Shown in pieces: positions 31,017 through 42,056 of a DNA stretch of 55,962 bases (positions are counted from its first letter, which is position 1; each line of letters begins with the position of its first letter). Position numbers and translations under genes: made by a program. Location of the stretch: assembly GCA_001275005.1 (NCBI GenBank), contig JWZX01002833.1, positions 1-55,962 on the forward strand, in the 5' to 3' direction. Source of the DNA: Chrysochromulina tobinii (lineage: Eukaryota). The notes beneath the pieces were generated by a model, which did no database searches, was not told where the DNA came from, and saw only the letters and a program-made list of their open reading frames with translations.

Positions 31017-34000
31017 ATGCTGCGCTCGAACTCGACGGCCGGCAAGCGCAAGGGCTCTCCGCTCGAAAAGGCCGCGGCAACCGTCGACAGCTCCGGCGAG
31101 CAAAAGGTGGAGGACAAGGCGGATTTGGAGCGTGGTACGATCATGTGGGCCTTCAACGATTCAAAGAGACGGCAGCAGCCGCCAGCGGTGCGACCCGGCG
31201 CTGCCAAGTCTGTGCCCGTGCAGAGGCGTGATCCGCGGCCCGGATCGAGCGCAAAGCAGGTCGCTGGACTGCTCGACCTGATGCAGCGCGGCAAGGAGAA
31301 GCAGAAGCAGCGCCACACCGAGCCGGACGCCGTGCTGCTGCAGATGCCCCAGGCACCGACTGCCATGCCCTTCCAAGGTTTCCAGCGACAGCGCAGGGGC
31401 GGCGTCCGCGGAGATGCTGGCTTGGGAGTAGCCGGCGCCGCTGGCAGTAGTTGCAGTGCGGCGGGAAGCAGCAGATCGGTCGAGGGCGCAGCAGAAGCTG
31501 ATCCCATCGCCGAGCTCGTAGAGACGCTCATGGCTGAGGGATGTGCTGGTGGTAGCAGTGGTACCAGCACGGAACGACACCCCGCGCCACTCGCCCAGGC
31601 CGCTGCGCCTGCGCCTGCCCCCACAGCCCCGCCAGCGCCAGCACCCGAACCCGCTCCCGCTCCCATGCATGTCTCGCCGGCACCGTCGCTCGCAAACGCA
31701 GCCGACACGGTGGCTCCGTTCGCATCGGTCCCACGATCTGCGCCCCCGCGGGAAGTGGCGGCGCCGGCGCTCGACGACACGTTGCCAGTCCAGGGTGCTC
31801 CGAAGCCGGACCCACGGCGGGAGACGCTCGAGGGCACTCGGCTGCGCCCGTCTGCGATGGCTCTAGCGGCCCAAGGACCCCTCGCCGCTAGAGCCCTCGC
31901 CACGCCGCTGCCGACCCTCGCCATGCCGCTGCCGCGCCGCCGTCAGTGCATGCCGGCGCCGCCGACGCACCGGCCGCCTGTTACAAGCGGCCTCGTGCTG
32001 CGCACTGGCTTCAAGCAGACTGCCGGCGGCGACGTGCGATGGATCGAGGTTCTTGTGGACCGGCGTCGCTCCGCCGCGGAGACTCAATCTGCGGACTTGG
32101 CGGCAGGGGGCGACGACGGCGCCCACGACGGCGCGGGCGCAACGTCGCGTTTACCGCCTTCGCTCGGCGCGGACCTGCTGGGCGTCGACCAACGGCTTAT
32201 CACGGGATGGTCGCGCGCGGACGTGCTCTACGCCGAGCTACACGACGAGTGGCGACTAACCCCGGTGCTCCCGTCAGATCGGGTCAATCTCGTGGGTGAG
32301 CTTGCACTGACCACTGATAGCAGTGGCGCACGCTGCACCGTGCTCACGCGCTCGGCTGGCCCATGGCTCGTGCTGCGCCCCGAGGTACTCGTCACCGGCA
32401 CGTCGCTCGCGCAGGCATGCTCGTGCACGCGCCGCACCGTCTTCTCCAAGCTGTTCCGCGAAGCGGACCTGGGCAAGAATCTGGTGCTTGGCACGATGAA
32501 GCACGAGCTGTTCGGGCGTGTCCTCGCGCACTGGCGTGAACAGGCGGACGCCGCAGCCGCGGCCGCCGCACGGAGCGAGGGGGGCGCCCCGGACGCCCCG
32601 GATGCCTTGACGAAACTTGGCGCCGCTGCTTCCACGGGGCAGACGAATGCGGAGTTTCGTCAACAGACGAATGCCGAGTTTCGTCAACAGACGCCCACTG
32701 CCCCGCCGAATGCCGCCGCCACCGCCGCTGCCGCTTCGATCCGCACAGACTGGCCGCGTGCGGTCCGTGAGGTGTTGCGTTCACACCTGCCAGAGCTGAT
32801 CGCGCTCCAGCTCGACGAGCGGGATGTGGGTCGTGAGCTTAATGAATCGCTGCCTACGCTATGCCAGTGGGCGAATGACTACCTGCCGCCGCCCGCGGCG
32901 GTGCGCGTGCTGCCAGCTGCGCCGGCGCCTACCGCCCACGTGTCAGCCGCCCCGAGTCCGGCCGTACTGGCCCCCATGTTGCCGCTCGGCGTGCAGCCAC
33001 TCCGATGCGAGATGGCACCGGGTGACGCCACGAGCCTGACGGCGCGCACCTTCCGAGCCTGCGGCTTGGGGACAGGCGAGCTGCGCCTCTCTGGTGTGAT
33101 CGGAGCCGAAGAGTCGCTGATCTCGACAACGTACGGGCTGAAGGGGACGGTGGACGCGATCGTGGCCGTGACGCTTTTGGATGGGCGCGGCGGGCGCATC
33201 GAGCTGCCCATGCCACTCGAGCTCAAGACAGGCCAGCGCACGGCCTACAACACGGCCGATCACAACGCGCAGCTGCTCGTGTACACACTGCTAGTCTCCG
33301 ACTTGTACGAGACGCGCGTGCCCAGCGGGCTGCTCTGGTACCCACAGCTGTCCAAGCAGACGTCCAAGCAGACGCACCAGAGTATGTGGGTCGTGCCTGC
33401 CGAGTCGGGGCTGCTCGCCTCGCTTCTCGTGCAGCGCAACATCCTCGTGGGTGCCGCCGCGCCGCACGCCCTAGCCGACGGGCGCATGCCTCCGCCATTG
33501 GGTGACCCCCACGTATGCCTCCGCTGCCCGATGGCGGCGCCGTGTGCTACCGTGCACGCGGCGCTCGAGCACGGCAACGCCTCCTCCTTTGGCGCACGCG
33601 ACGTCTTCACCGCGCATACGGCCCACCTGCGCGCGCACCACCTCGAGTACGCGCAGCACTGGCTCCGACTGATCGACCTAGAAGAGCGCAGCTCAGCACA
33701 TCTCGCGCGCGAGATGCTTCAGCTCAGTGCCTTCGAGCGCGAGGCCGCCGGCCGCGCGCTTGGATCGCTCGAGCTTGTGCGCGTGGAGCGTGTGCCCACC
33801 GTCGCTGGTGGTGCGACGGACCGCTTTGTGCACATCTTCCGACGCGCACGCAACAGTCGCGGCGTCACAGGAGGCGCATGCAGCAGTGGCAGCGTCGGCG
33901 CCAGCCTCGGCGCCAAGAGCCGCGAGGTGAGCTCCGGCGTTGCGCTGAGTGATGGTCCAGTGGCGATCGGCGATTACGTAACGGTCTCTGTCGCGGCCGA

Positions 34001-36344
34001 CGAGGGTGGTGGCCGCGCACCTCGGTGGGGCCTGTGCAATGGCACAGTCACGGCTTTGAGCACCACCGAGCTTGCACTGATCACGGACGCCAATCTGATC
34101 GATCTCGGCATCGAGGCCATAGGCGCTGCATTGGGCGCCACGACAGGTGTGCGCGCTGGTGTTCCCTCGGCTGCCGCGGCGACCACGCCCGCGCCCACGA
34201 CCACGCCCGCGCCCACGACCACGCCCGCGCCACGGCTTTTGCGCCTGGACAAGGCGGACGTTGCGAGCGGCTTCAGCATCTGCCGGAGCAATGTGCTTGG
34301 GCTACTCGCGCCGCCACGAGCGCCCGACACAGCGTCGATCCCCGTCGTTGCTGCCGCCACCACTGCGGCAGGCGCCGCCGAGGCCGCGCCCGCCGAGGCC
34401 GCACCGCCGGCGATGCCCTCCCGGCTACTTGAGCTACTGGTGGACATGCAGCCGCCGCGCTTCAGCTCAGAGGCGGCGGCGCTGCAGGCGCTGCCAGCGC
34501 CCGAACGCGAGCGCCTCGCGAACACGCCACTCAACGCACAGCAGCGACGCGCGGTCGGCCGCGTGCTGGCGTGCGAGGACTACTGTCTTATACTCGGTAT
34601 GCCCGGTACTGGCAAGTCGACCCTCATCGCGCAGGCAGTACGCGCTCTCGTGGCGGCGGGGCAGCAGGTGTTGCTCACAGCGTACACGCACTCGGCCGTT
34701 GACACGCTGTGCCTCAAGCTACTCGAGGAAGGGGTTGCATTCGTGCGCCTCGGCCCCGTGGGCAAGGTGCACCCAGCCGTGCGCGCGCACTCGCTGCCGG
34801 CCCTGCTCGATGACTCGACGCTCGCCGACCAGGGAATGGTAGAGGCCGAGCTGGCGCGTCGGCCGGTCGTGGCAGCGACCGCGATGGGCGCACAGCACGC
34901 CCTGCTCTGGAAGCGGCAGCTCGACGTGGCGATTGTGGACGAGGCGGGTCAGATCACCGAGCCGGTATGCCTTGGTCCTCTCCGGCTGGCGCGCCGCTTC
35001 GTCCTCGTGGGCGATCAATATCAGCTCCCGCCCCTCGTGGCAGAGGCGGAGGCTGAGCGCGCCGGGATGGGCACAGCCCTCTTCAGCCGACTTGCCGCCG
35101 CGCACCCTCGCGCCATTTGCCAACTTACGACGCAGTACCGCATGAACGCGGAGATTATGGACGTCTCGAACAGGCTCGTGTACGGCGGCCTGCTGCGCTG
35201 CGGCAGCGAGGCGCAGGCCAACGCCTCGCTCTCGCTGCCACTGCCGCATCGGTTGCCGCCGCCCTCGACGGATGCGCAGGCGTGGGCCAAGGCGCGTGAG
35301 TGGGTGGCCGCAGCGCACCCTCACCGGCCGCTCGCCACATCCGACGCGCTCGCCGCCGTGTTGGGCGACGTGTCAGTGGAGACTGACGGTTCCACGAACT
35401 CCTTGGCGCCCTGGCTGGGGGCCACTCGCCACGCGGACTGGCTCGACGAGTGCCTGTCGACCAACCGACGAGTTGTCTTCCTCGACACTGATGCCATGCC
35501 ATCAGCGGAGGAGCGCTCTGAAGGCGCGCGCGGCAACGTGTCCAACGGAGGCGAGGCGCGGCTGGTAGCGCTGCTCGTGCATGCACTTCTCGCAGCGGGT
35601 GTGCCGGCCGCGCACCTCGGCGTCATCTCGGCCTATCGGGCGCAACTTGAGCGCATCCGCGCCGCACTGTCCGCGGCGTTCGCCGGAGGCGCATCTGGCG
35701 GCGTCACGGGCGCTGTATCGGGCGCACCTGGCGGCGTCTCGGACGCTGTATCGGGCGCATCTGGCGGCGACGGCTCCCACGCGTCAGCGCCCGAGACAGC
35801 GCCCGAGACAGCGCCCGAGACAGCGCCCGAGACTTCGTCACCCGCGACGGCTGTGGAACTGATGACGGTGGACAAGTGCCAGGGGCGCGATTTTGAGTGC
35901 GTGGTGCTCTCGCTCGTGCGCTCAAACGGGCAGGGCGACACGGGCTCGCTTCTAGCGGACTTCCGCCGTCTCAACGTCGCCTTCACTCGTGCAAAGAGAA
36001 AGATGATCATCGTTGGCTCAGCCTCGACGGTGGCGCATTCGGCGGTGCTCGCGGCCTTCCTACAGCTCGCCGCGCAACGCCAGTGGATGCTACCGCTGCC
36101 GCCTGGCGCTCTGCACCTATACGCGCCGGTGCCACTCGGTGCCGCGGCGCCTGTGGCACCGGCTGCCGCTACCCCAGGACTCCGGCGCTCGCCGCGCCGG
36201 GCGGCGCTCGCCGTGGCTGCCAACAGGCCAATCACCGCAAACGTGCTGCAGGAGGTTCGTAATCGCCCGCCCACCCTGGTGCAGGCTGGGCGCGAGAATC
36301 GGCCGGCACAGCGCGCGGAGCTCCCGGGGCTGCCTGCATGGTGA
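31017..36344 (+). CDS. DNA2: DNA replication nuclease/helicase DNA2 (start uncertain)
   Basis: Fe-S/nuclease motifs CSCTRR, GTMKHELF, GLKGTVDA, PLELKTG, AQLLVY, CLRCPMAAPC. SF1 helicase motifs GMPGTGKS, DEAGQ, VGDQYQLPP, QYRMN, TVDKCQGRD, RLNVAFTRAK. Confidence 0.92.
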   Translation: MLRSNSTAGKRKGSPLEKAAATVDSSGEQKVEDKADLERGTIMWAFNDSKRRQQPPAVRPGAAKSVPVQRRDPRPGSSAKQVAGLLDLMQRGKEKQKQRHTEPDAVLLQMPQAPTAMPFQGFQRQRRGGVRGDAGLGVAGAAGSSCSAAGSSRSVEGAAEADPIAELVETLMAEGCAGGSSGTSTERHPAPLAQAAAPAPAPTAPPAPAPEPAPAPMHVSPAPSLANAADTVAPFASVPRSAPPREVAAPALDDTLPVQGAPKPDPRRETLEGTRLRPSAMALAAQGPLAARALATPLPTLAMPLPRRRQCMPAPPTHRPPVTSGLVLRTGFKQTAGGDVRWIEVLVDRRRSAAETQSADLAAGGDDGAHDGAGATSRLPPSLGADLLGVDQRLITGWSRADVLYAELHDEWRLTPVLPSDRVNLVGELALTTDSSGARCTVLTRSAGPWLVLRPEVLVTGTSLAQACSCTRRTVFSKLFREADLGKNLVLGTMKHELFGRVLAHWREQADAAAAAAARSEGGAPDAPDALTKLGAAASTGQTNAEFRQQTNAEFRQQTPTAPPNAAATAAAASIRTDWPRAVREVLRSHLPELIALQLDERDVGRELNESLPTLCQWANDYLPPPAAVRVLPAAPAPTAHVSAAPSPAVLAPMLPLGVQPLRCEMAPGDATSLTARTFRACGLGTGELRLSGVIGAEESLISTTYGLKGTVDAIVAVTLLDGRGGRIELPMPLELKTGQRTAYNTADHNAQLLVYTLLVSDLYETRVPSGLLWYPQLSKQTSKQTHQSMWVVPAESGLLASLLVQRNILVGAAAPHALADGRMPPPLGDPHVCLRCPMAAPCATVHAALEHGNASSFGARDVFTAHTAHLRAHHLEYAQHWLRLIDLEERSSAHLAREMLQLSAFEREAAGRALGSLELVRVERVPTVAGGATDRFVHIFRRARNSRGVTGGACSSGSVGASLGAKSREVSSGVALSDGPVAIGDYVTVSVAADEGGGRAPRWGLCNGTVTALSTTELALITDANLIDLGIEAIGAALGATTGVRAGVPSAAAATTPAPTTTPAPTTTPAPRLLRLDKADVASGFSICRSNVLGLLAPPRAPDTASIPVVAAATTAAGAAEAAPAEAAPPAMPSRLLELLVDMQPPRFSSEAAALQALPAPERERLANTPLNAQQRRAVGRVLACEDYCLILGMPGTGKSTLIAQAVRALVAAGQQVLLTAYTHSAVDTLCLKLLEEGVAFVRLGPVGKVHPAVRAHSLPALLDDSTLADQGMVEAELARRPVVAATAMGAQHALLWKRQLDVAIVDEAGQITEPVCLGPLRLARRFVLVGDQYQLPPLVAEAEAERAGMGTALFSRLAAAHPRAICQLTTQYRMNAEIMDVSNRLVYGGLLRCGSEAQANASLSLPLPHRLPPPSTDAQAWAKAREWVAAAHPHRPLATSDALAAVLGDVSVETDGSTNSLAPWLGATRHADWLDECLSTNRRVVFLDTDAMPSAEERSEGARGNVSNGGEARLVALLVHALLAAGVPAAHLGVISAYRAQLERIRAALSAAFAGGASGGVTGAVSGAPGGVSDAVSGASGGDGSHASAPETAPETAPETAPETSSPATAVELMTVDKCQGRDFECVVLSLVRSNGQGDTGSLLADFRRLNVAFTRAKRKMIIVGSASTVAHSAVLAAFLQLAAQRQWMLPLPPGALHLYAPVPLGAAAPVAPAAATPGLRRSPRRAALAVAANRPITANVLQEVRNRPPTLVQAGRENRPAQRAELPGLPAW

Positions 36345-36914
36345 CTTGGTGAGGCGTTGTTCGGCACGCCGTGGACAGCCGGTGATGCTGTCCCTGTCGG
36401 GTCGGGACACCACCGGGATTTTAGATTGAGCCGCCCCCGCCTCGGCCCGCGCTCGACGATCGGAGATGCCGTGTCGGATGATACGGCGGCTTTGTGCTGT
36501 GTTTGATGATACGCGCGGAACTTTGTAGTCGCTCGGACTCTCACTCGCTGTTGAAACGGTTGTAGCGTTAAAATGAACGGTGCGGTGGCCCACCCGGGCT
36601 CCACGTCACACGCGCCCCCCGCCCGTCTAAGCCCTAACGGTAACGCGTAACGCGTTTGGCGTTATTAACCGCGGCGCGTTCTTTGCGCGGTAACGCGATC
36701 CCGCACCGGGCGCAAAACCTACAACGGGCGCCCCCGCGAGGCCAGCACGGCCAGCACGGGCGTGGCTTTTGCCGTTCGACACCTCCACAATGCAGTGCAC
36801 GTGTCCAGGAGTGTTTGGCCTGCCCTCCGAAGCTCGGATCACTGACACGTCACAGCTGTCCGGCGCGGTTCGTGGCACGGCAGCGATTTCGAGTAGTTCG
36901 GGTTTCCCTACTGA

Positions 36915-39243
36915 CTAGTAGCGGGAGCGCTTCTTCCCGCGTCCTCCGCCGCTCCGATCGCCACGGCCATTCCAGCGGCCACGCTTATTGCCCGCTTGGG
37001 GTCTGCCACCAGCACCAACCCCTCGCGGCGTGGCGTCATCCTCGTCGGCCTCCTCCTCGTCGTCGTCGTCGTCGTCCTCGCCCATCAGCCTGTCGAACTC
37101 TGCTTGGGTAATCTTGCCGCGCTTCAGCTTCTTCATGAGCGCGGCCTCCCGAGCCAGCTCCTCCTCCTCCTCGGCCGCCTGCCGAGCCCGCTCGCGGTCG
37201 CGCTCCTGCTGAGACAGACCTGCTCGGGAAGCGGGGGCGGCGGCAGCCGGTGCGGCTGCGGTCGCCCCTTCAGCCACCTGCGCCTCGGCCTCCGCGGCGG
37301 CCGCCTCCGCCTTGATCTTCTTGTTGGTTTGGCGCTGCTTCTCGCGCTGCCGGTCCTTGAACTTGATCGAGTCCAGGTCCACCTGCGCCATCGGGGGCAA
37401 CCCGACGCAATCAGACTCAAGAGGCATGAACTTGGGTGCAATCAAGTCCAGGTCCACCTGCGCACTCAGACGCAATCAGACGCAACCAGACGCATCCAGG
37501 CCGATGGGGCATGCACTCGGATGCAATCGAGTCCAGGTCCACCTGCACGAGTGGCGTCCAGTCGACCCAGCCAGCAGCGCCCTTCCTGCGCTTGGCCTGC
37601 TGGATCTCTTTGAGCTTAGGCAAGCGCAGCACCGCGAGCGTGCGCGCGAGATCGCCGAGATCCAGCTTCTCGAGCTGAAAGATGAACTTGCACTGATGCT
37701 CCTTGTACGCGCGCACGTACGAGACGAAGGCACGGGCGGCACCCTCCACGAGAGCTCGATCGGCCACCAGAAGCTCCGTGAGTTCGGGGCGCAGCGACAC
37801 GAGGTCGTGGGCTGGCTCAATGGGTGTGAGTGGCACCTTACGCAGCTGCAGGAAGCGCACGTACGCATCCTCCGTAGAGCGCAGGAAGAGGAGCGCGCGC
37901 CCCGCACGGCCCATGCGCGCCGTACGGCCCACGCGATGCACAAAGGCATTCGGGTCCTGCGGTGCGTCGAATTGCACAATCCAATCAACGTCTGGAATAT
38001 CGAGGCCCCGCGCCGCCACGTCGGTGCATAGGAGCGCGGCGCCGCCGGTGGTGGACCCCACGAACCATTCGTACGCCTTGGTCCGTGAGCTCGGCGCCAT
38101 CTTGCCGTGCAGGCCGCGCACAGGGAGGCCGCGCATTACCGGTAGCCGTGTGAGCGCACTCGCATAGTAGTCAACACAGGCGCATGTCAAAAAGTAGACC
38201 ATGAGCTTTCGCCCGGCAGCGAGCTCGTCGCAGAGGAAGGCGACCAGCTGCGCCAGCCGCGCTTCGCCATCCACAATCATGTAGTGGTTCGTCAGCGTCG
38301 CGGGCGTCGCCTGCACGCGCCCTAACAAAGGTGCGGCTGGCGAGGCGGCCGCGGTGTTCTGGGCAGCGGCGGCGTCGGCGGCATCGGCGGCATCGGCGGC
38401 ATGAGGCGTACCGTCGTCCGCCTTCACCTTTTGGTTCCGTTCTTTCTCCTTCTTCTTTGTCGTCGCATCGCGGACAAGCGGCGGCGCTGCAAGCGTCGGC
38501 GGCGGCGCTGCTGTGGGCAGCGGCGCTGCGGGCGGCGGCAGAGAACGGACCTTGACCTCTACCTTGACTGGGTTGCGTAGCCCCGCCCTGACGAGATTCA
38601 GGACCTCGGAGGTCTGCGTGGCCGAGAAGAGCCCGGTGCGACGCTGTTTGGGCAGCCGAACGAGGATGGCGTTGAGCGTCGCCTCAAACCCCATATCGAG
38701 CAATCGATCGGCCTCATCAAGCACGAGCAACTCAAGCGTCTTGAGTCGCATCTCGGGCATACGCTCCATCACGTCGTCCAGGCGGCCGGGGGTGCCAATA
38801 ATCACGTTGCCACCATCGGTGCGGTACTGGGTCATTGCCTGCTGAATGTCCGTGCCCCCGATCACAAGCGAGAGCCGCAGGGTTGGAGCGCCGCCCGCGC
38901 CAATCTTTTGTGCGACCGAGTACACTTGCTGCGCCAGCTCGCGTGTGGGTTCGACCACGATAGCCCCAACATCGTGCTTCTTGAGCGGCTCATCGAGGCG
39001 TCCCAGCACCTCGAAGAGCGGCAGCAGAAAGGCGAGCGTCTTTCCCGAGCCGGTCGCTGCTTGCACAACGACATCTTGGTGCCTGAGCAGTCGTGGGATA
39101 GTTGCCTCCTGCACGGGCGTGGCATGAGTGAAGCCATGTTTCGAAAGCGTCTCGATGAGCGCAGCAGAGAGGGGCGGCTGCAGCTGCGAGAACGGCGACG
39201 TGCATTCCCGCGGTGGTATTGCAGCGGCTGCAGGTGTCGTCAT
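36915..39243 (-). CDS. DDX55: DEAD-box RNA helicase DDX55/Spb4; predicted join 39243..37543, 37382..36915
   Basis: TPVQ, ATGSGKTLAF, PTRELA, TPGRL, DEAD, FSATQT, TDVAARGLD, HRVGRTARMG, Spb4-type AFVSYVRAYKEHQCKFIF and IKFKDRQREKQR. Intron 37542..37383 restores the frame. Confidence 0.88.
37383..37542 (-). other. Predicted 160-nt GT-AG intron with triplicated junction CAG|GTGGACCTGGACT
   Basis: The junction sequence occurs at 37542, 37457 and 37382. Removal is frame-consistent. Confidence 0.8.
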
Positions 39244-39465
39244 GATGGACGGAGTTCGTGCGTGAGGAGAGACGCGTGCCACAGGATTCTCTGATGAAAA
39301 CGCAATCATTTGAACTATGTTGCTCCGAGTTTCTGATTCTCGTCGTGCATGTCGATGATTCTCGTCCAGATTGAGCCGAGAATGATTCAAACGTAGGAAA
39401 TTCCTAACATTCTATGTCGCGGATCGTGTCGCCGGGGCCCGACGAGCCAACGCCGCTCACTATCT

Positions 39466-40533
39466 ATGTCGCGGATCGTGTCGCCAGGGCCCGACGAGCC
39501 AACGCCGCTCAACCCTATCTTCGAGCCACTTCCCGAGGACAGTCTCATCTATGAGCCACTTCGAACGATCGTGCATTCGATGCGCGTACTCGGCTACATG
39601 CCCTTTGTCCTTTGGTCGCTCCTCCGTCATCCAAGGCGCACCGTTGGCCTGGCTTCGGCGTACTATTTTCTGCGGAACACGTCTACGACGTGGAATGAAA
39701 GTGTCCGGCGGTTCGTCGCACTAGGCTCGTCGTCAAAGCCGCGGCTCATTCGGGCGCAGTCGAAGCCGTACGACAAATCGAAGCAGTATCTCTTGGCAGC
39801 ACATCCGCACGGCATCCTCAATTTTGGATGGTGGAACTTGATTGCGCGATTTGGCCTCGACCTCGTCGACGGCATCAAGCTTGTCTTCTGCATGGCGCCA
39901 GCCGTGCAATACTATCCGCTGTACGGCGAAATCTTTGGTGATCGTGCCAAGGATCCCAGTGCGGAGACTATTCGCAAAGTACTCCGCACGACATCTTTTT
40001 CTCCTGCCATCCTGCCAGGCGGTAAAAACCTCCTGATTTACGGATTTACCCCCCTCCCTCCCCTTCCCACGCTCCGACCCGGTCACGCGCACCCAACGAT
40101 CGAGTACAATTACATTGCAGACCGGATGGGTTTCGTGCGGCTCGCAATTGAGCACAAGATTGACATCATCCCCGCTTACTCGTTCGGCCTCAACGATATG
40201 TATGTGACTTTCGCTCGATGGCGGCAGTGGCGCGCCATCAAGGCTCAAGCATGGGGTTTGCCGATGGTGTTTTGGACAGGGCCCATGGGCGGCTGGATCA
40301 TGAATAATCCATTCACTGAAGCTGTGACTGTCGTGACCTTTGACCCCTTCCCGGCCTCGTCTTACACGTTGGATCAGGTCGAACAGGCACACGAGGATTA
40401 CCTCGTCTACCTCGAGCGATGCTTCGAGAGCCGCAAGGCTCAATGTGGCGCTTCGCACAAGACAATTGAGTTCATCGGCCGCAAAGGGCCTCGCCCGCCT
40501 GGCAGCAACCTATTGACTCGAGCCAAATTATGA
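39466..40533 (+). CDS. DGAT2/MOGAT-family acyltransferase
   Basis: YLLAAHPHG; ILPGG; RMGFVRLA; IIPAYSFG. Confidence 0.8.
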   Translation: MSRIVSPGPDEPTPLNPIFEPLPEDSLIYEPLRTIVHSMRVLGYMPFVLWSLLRHPRRTVGLASAYYFLRNTSTTWNESVRRFVALGSSSKPRLIRAQSKPYDKSKQYLLAAHPHGILNFGWWNLIARFGLDLVDGIKLVFCMAPAVQYYPLYGEIFGDRAKDPSAETIRKVLRTTSFSPAILPGGKNLLIYGFTPLPPLPTLRPGHAHPTIEYNYIADRMGFVRLAIEHKIDIIPAYSFGLNDMYVTFARWRQWRAIKAQAWGLPMVFWTGPMGGWIMNNPFTEAVTVVTFDPFPASSYTLDQVEQAHEDYLVYLERCFESRKAQCGASHKTIEFIGRKGPRPPGSNLLTRAKL

Positions 40534-40991
40534 CCACGACGCCCTATCGCGTGCCTGGCCTCCTAGTCCTACACACTAGATCACTAGTACTTGGAACTTG
40601 TAAGCCGAGCCCGTTGAGTGCTCGGAAGACTGGGGCCCGCGCTCCCCGCGGGCCGGGACTCGCCCGCATCGCCATTTTTATGAGTGACAGTTTAAAAGTG
40701 TAGGCCGTACCTCAACTGAGCACTCTACTCCACTCGGACTCACCCGCACGGGGGCGTCGCGCTTAACGGGGAGGCAGCCTCCGGGCGGCGTTTCGCGTTA
40801 AAGGCTTAACGAGCGAGCAGCGACGTAGTCCGTAGCCAGATGATCAGCTTTGAGAGGACCACACTAAGTTAGTCATTGCGCTTCAGGCCGTGGCCACTAG
40901 GCCGTGGCGCGTGGGTCGTCACTCCTCAAACCGAATCAACGCCGACTGAAAATCGCGAACAGGTCCTCAGGTCGAAAAGCCGATGAACAGC

Positions 40992-41718
40992 CTAATCGCC
41001 ACTTGCAGCGCCAGTGAAGAGCCTGACCGCTGCTTGCAATGACGCTGCTTTCGATTGGATGAAGGGCCGGAAGTACTTCCAAATCAGCTGCAGCAGCATG
41101 ATCGCGCTCTTGACGAAAAGCGGGTTGCGCATTCTCTTCCAGAAGAGCGTCATTTCTTGCAGCGCCGATGTGAGTCTCGAGATGTCATTGCCTGGGGTTA
41201 GGTCATTCCAGGTTTGAGCGGAGTGAGTTATTAGGGTGGGTAGGGTTAGGATTAGGGTTAGGATTAGGGTCAGGGTTAGTCTAGGGTTAGGATTAGTGTT
41301 AGGATTAGGGTAAGGGTTAGTCATTGCCTTTTGTCGCCGTTATTGCGCCAAAGTGCGCGGCCGCGTTGTAAGTGAAGACTCCATACAGTACATCATTGAC
41401 GAGACCGCCTAGAGCAGCAAGCTTGGCCCACTCGCGCTCGGCACACACGTAGAGGATGGTCTCAAGCGCCTTGACGGACGCGTGCACATAGAAGCCGATG
41501 GCGACCTGTTGCATTGAGACCATCGTGGTATTGAAGAGTTTTTCTTGGCGAGGCCCGAATTCGTACTCCGCGTGGCCCGCTGGCAAATATTGCCTGCGCG
41601 TGGCGACCAGCGACGACGGACGAGTTGTCGAAGGGCTGGTCGGTGATTCGAGCGAGGCGGCTCCTGCGGCGACGGCGAGCAGCGACAGCGCATTCACGAC
41701 ACGATTCAAGGAAACCAT
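40992..41718 (-). CDS. Hypothetical signal-peptide protein; predicted join 41718..41328, 41191..40992
   Basis: Two ORFs join in frame (ATKGND-ISRL) through a GC-AG intron. Hydrophobic N-terminus. Confidence 0.55.
41231..41320 (+). repeat. Degenerate interstitial telomeric repeat (TTAGGG)n, about 15 units, inside predicted intron 41192..41327
   Basis: ttagggtgggtagggttaggattagggttaggattagggtcagggttag... Confidence 0.9.
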
Positions 41719-42056
41719 CGGTGTCCGCCAAAGGCGAGCACCGCGCTTACTTATCCATCCCCCTTGTTTCTCGGATCGGATCGCGACGCGGGCGATTGTG
41801 ATTCCGCAACTTCACGACACCTCGCTGTGTTGCCATTTACATGTTGCCTAACTTTCTCCCTGAGCCGCTCGGCAGCGTCAGTGCCTGTGTACATGTTGGA
41901 CAATCCTTTCCGGCCGCCGACCTACAATCACGACGGCTCCGTCGCCGCAGCAGCCGCAGTACAGTCCTACGGTGGTGAGCAGAATGTCCCGCTGGCGATG
42001 AACCAGCCGGCAGGCGGCGTATTGCCGTCGCCGAATCGCAATGTGCTACCACGTTC

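Noticed and set aside
6177..40533. Numerous antisense and alternate-frame ORFs
   Set aside because: Shadow ORFs expected at high GC; they overlap motif-supported genes.
41231..41320. True chromosome end
   Set aside because: Short, degenerate and internal, with genes on both sides; better explained as intron content.
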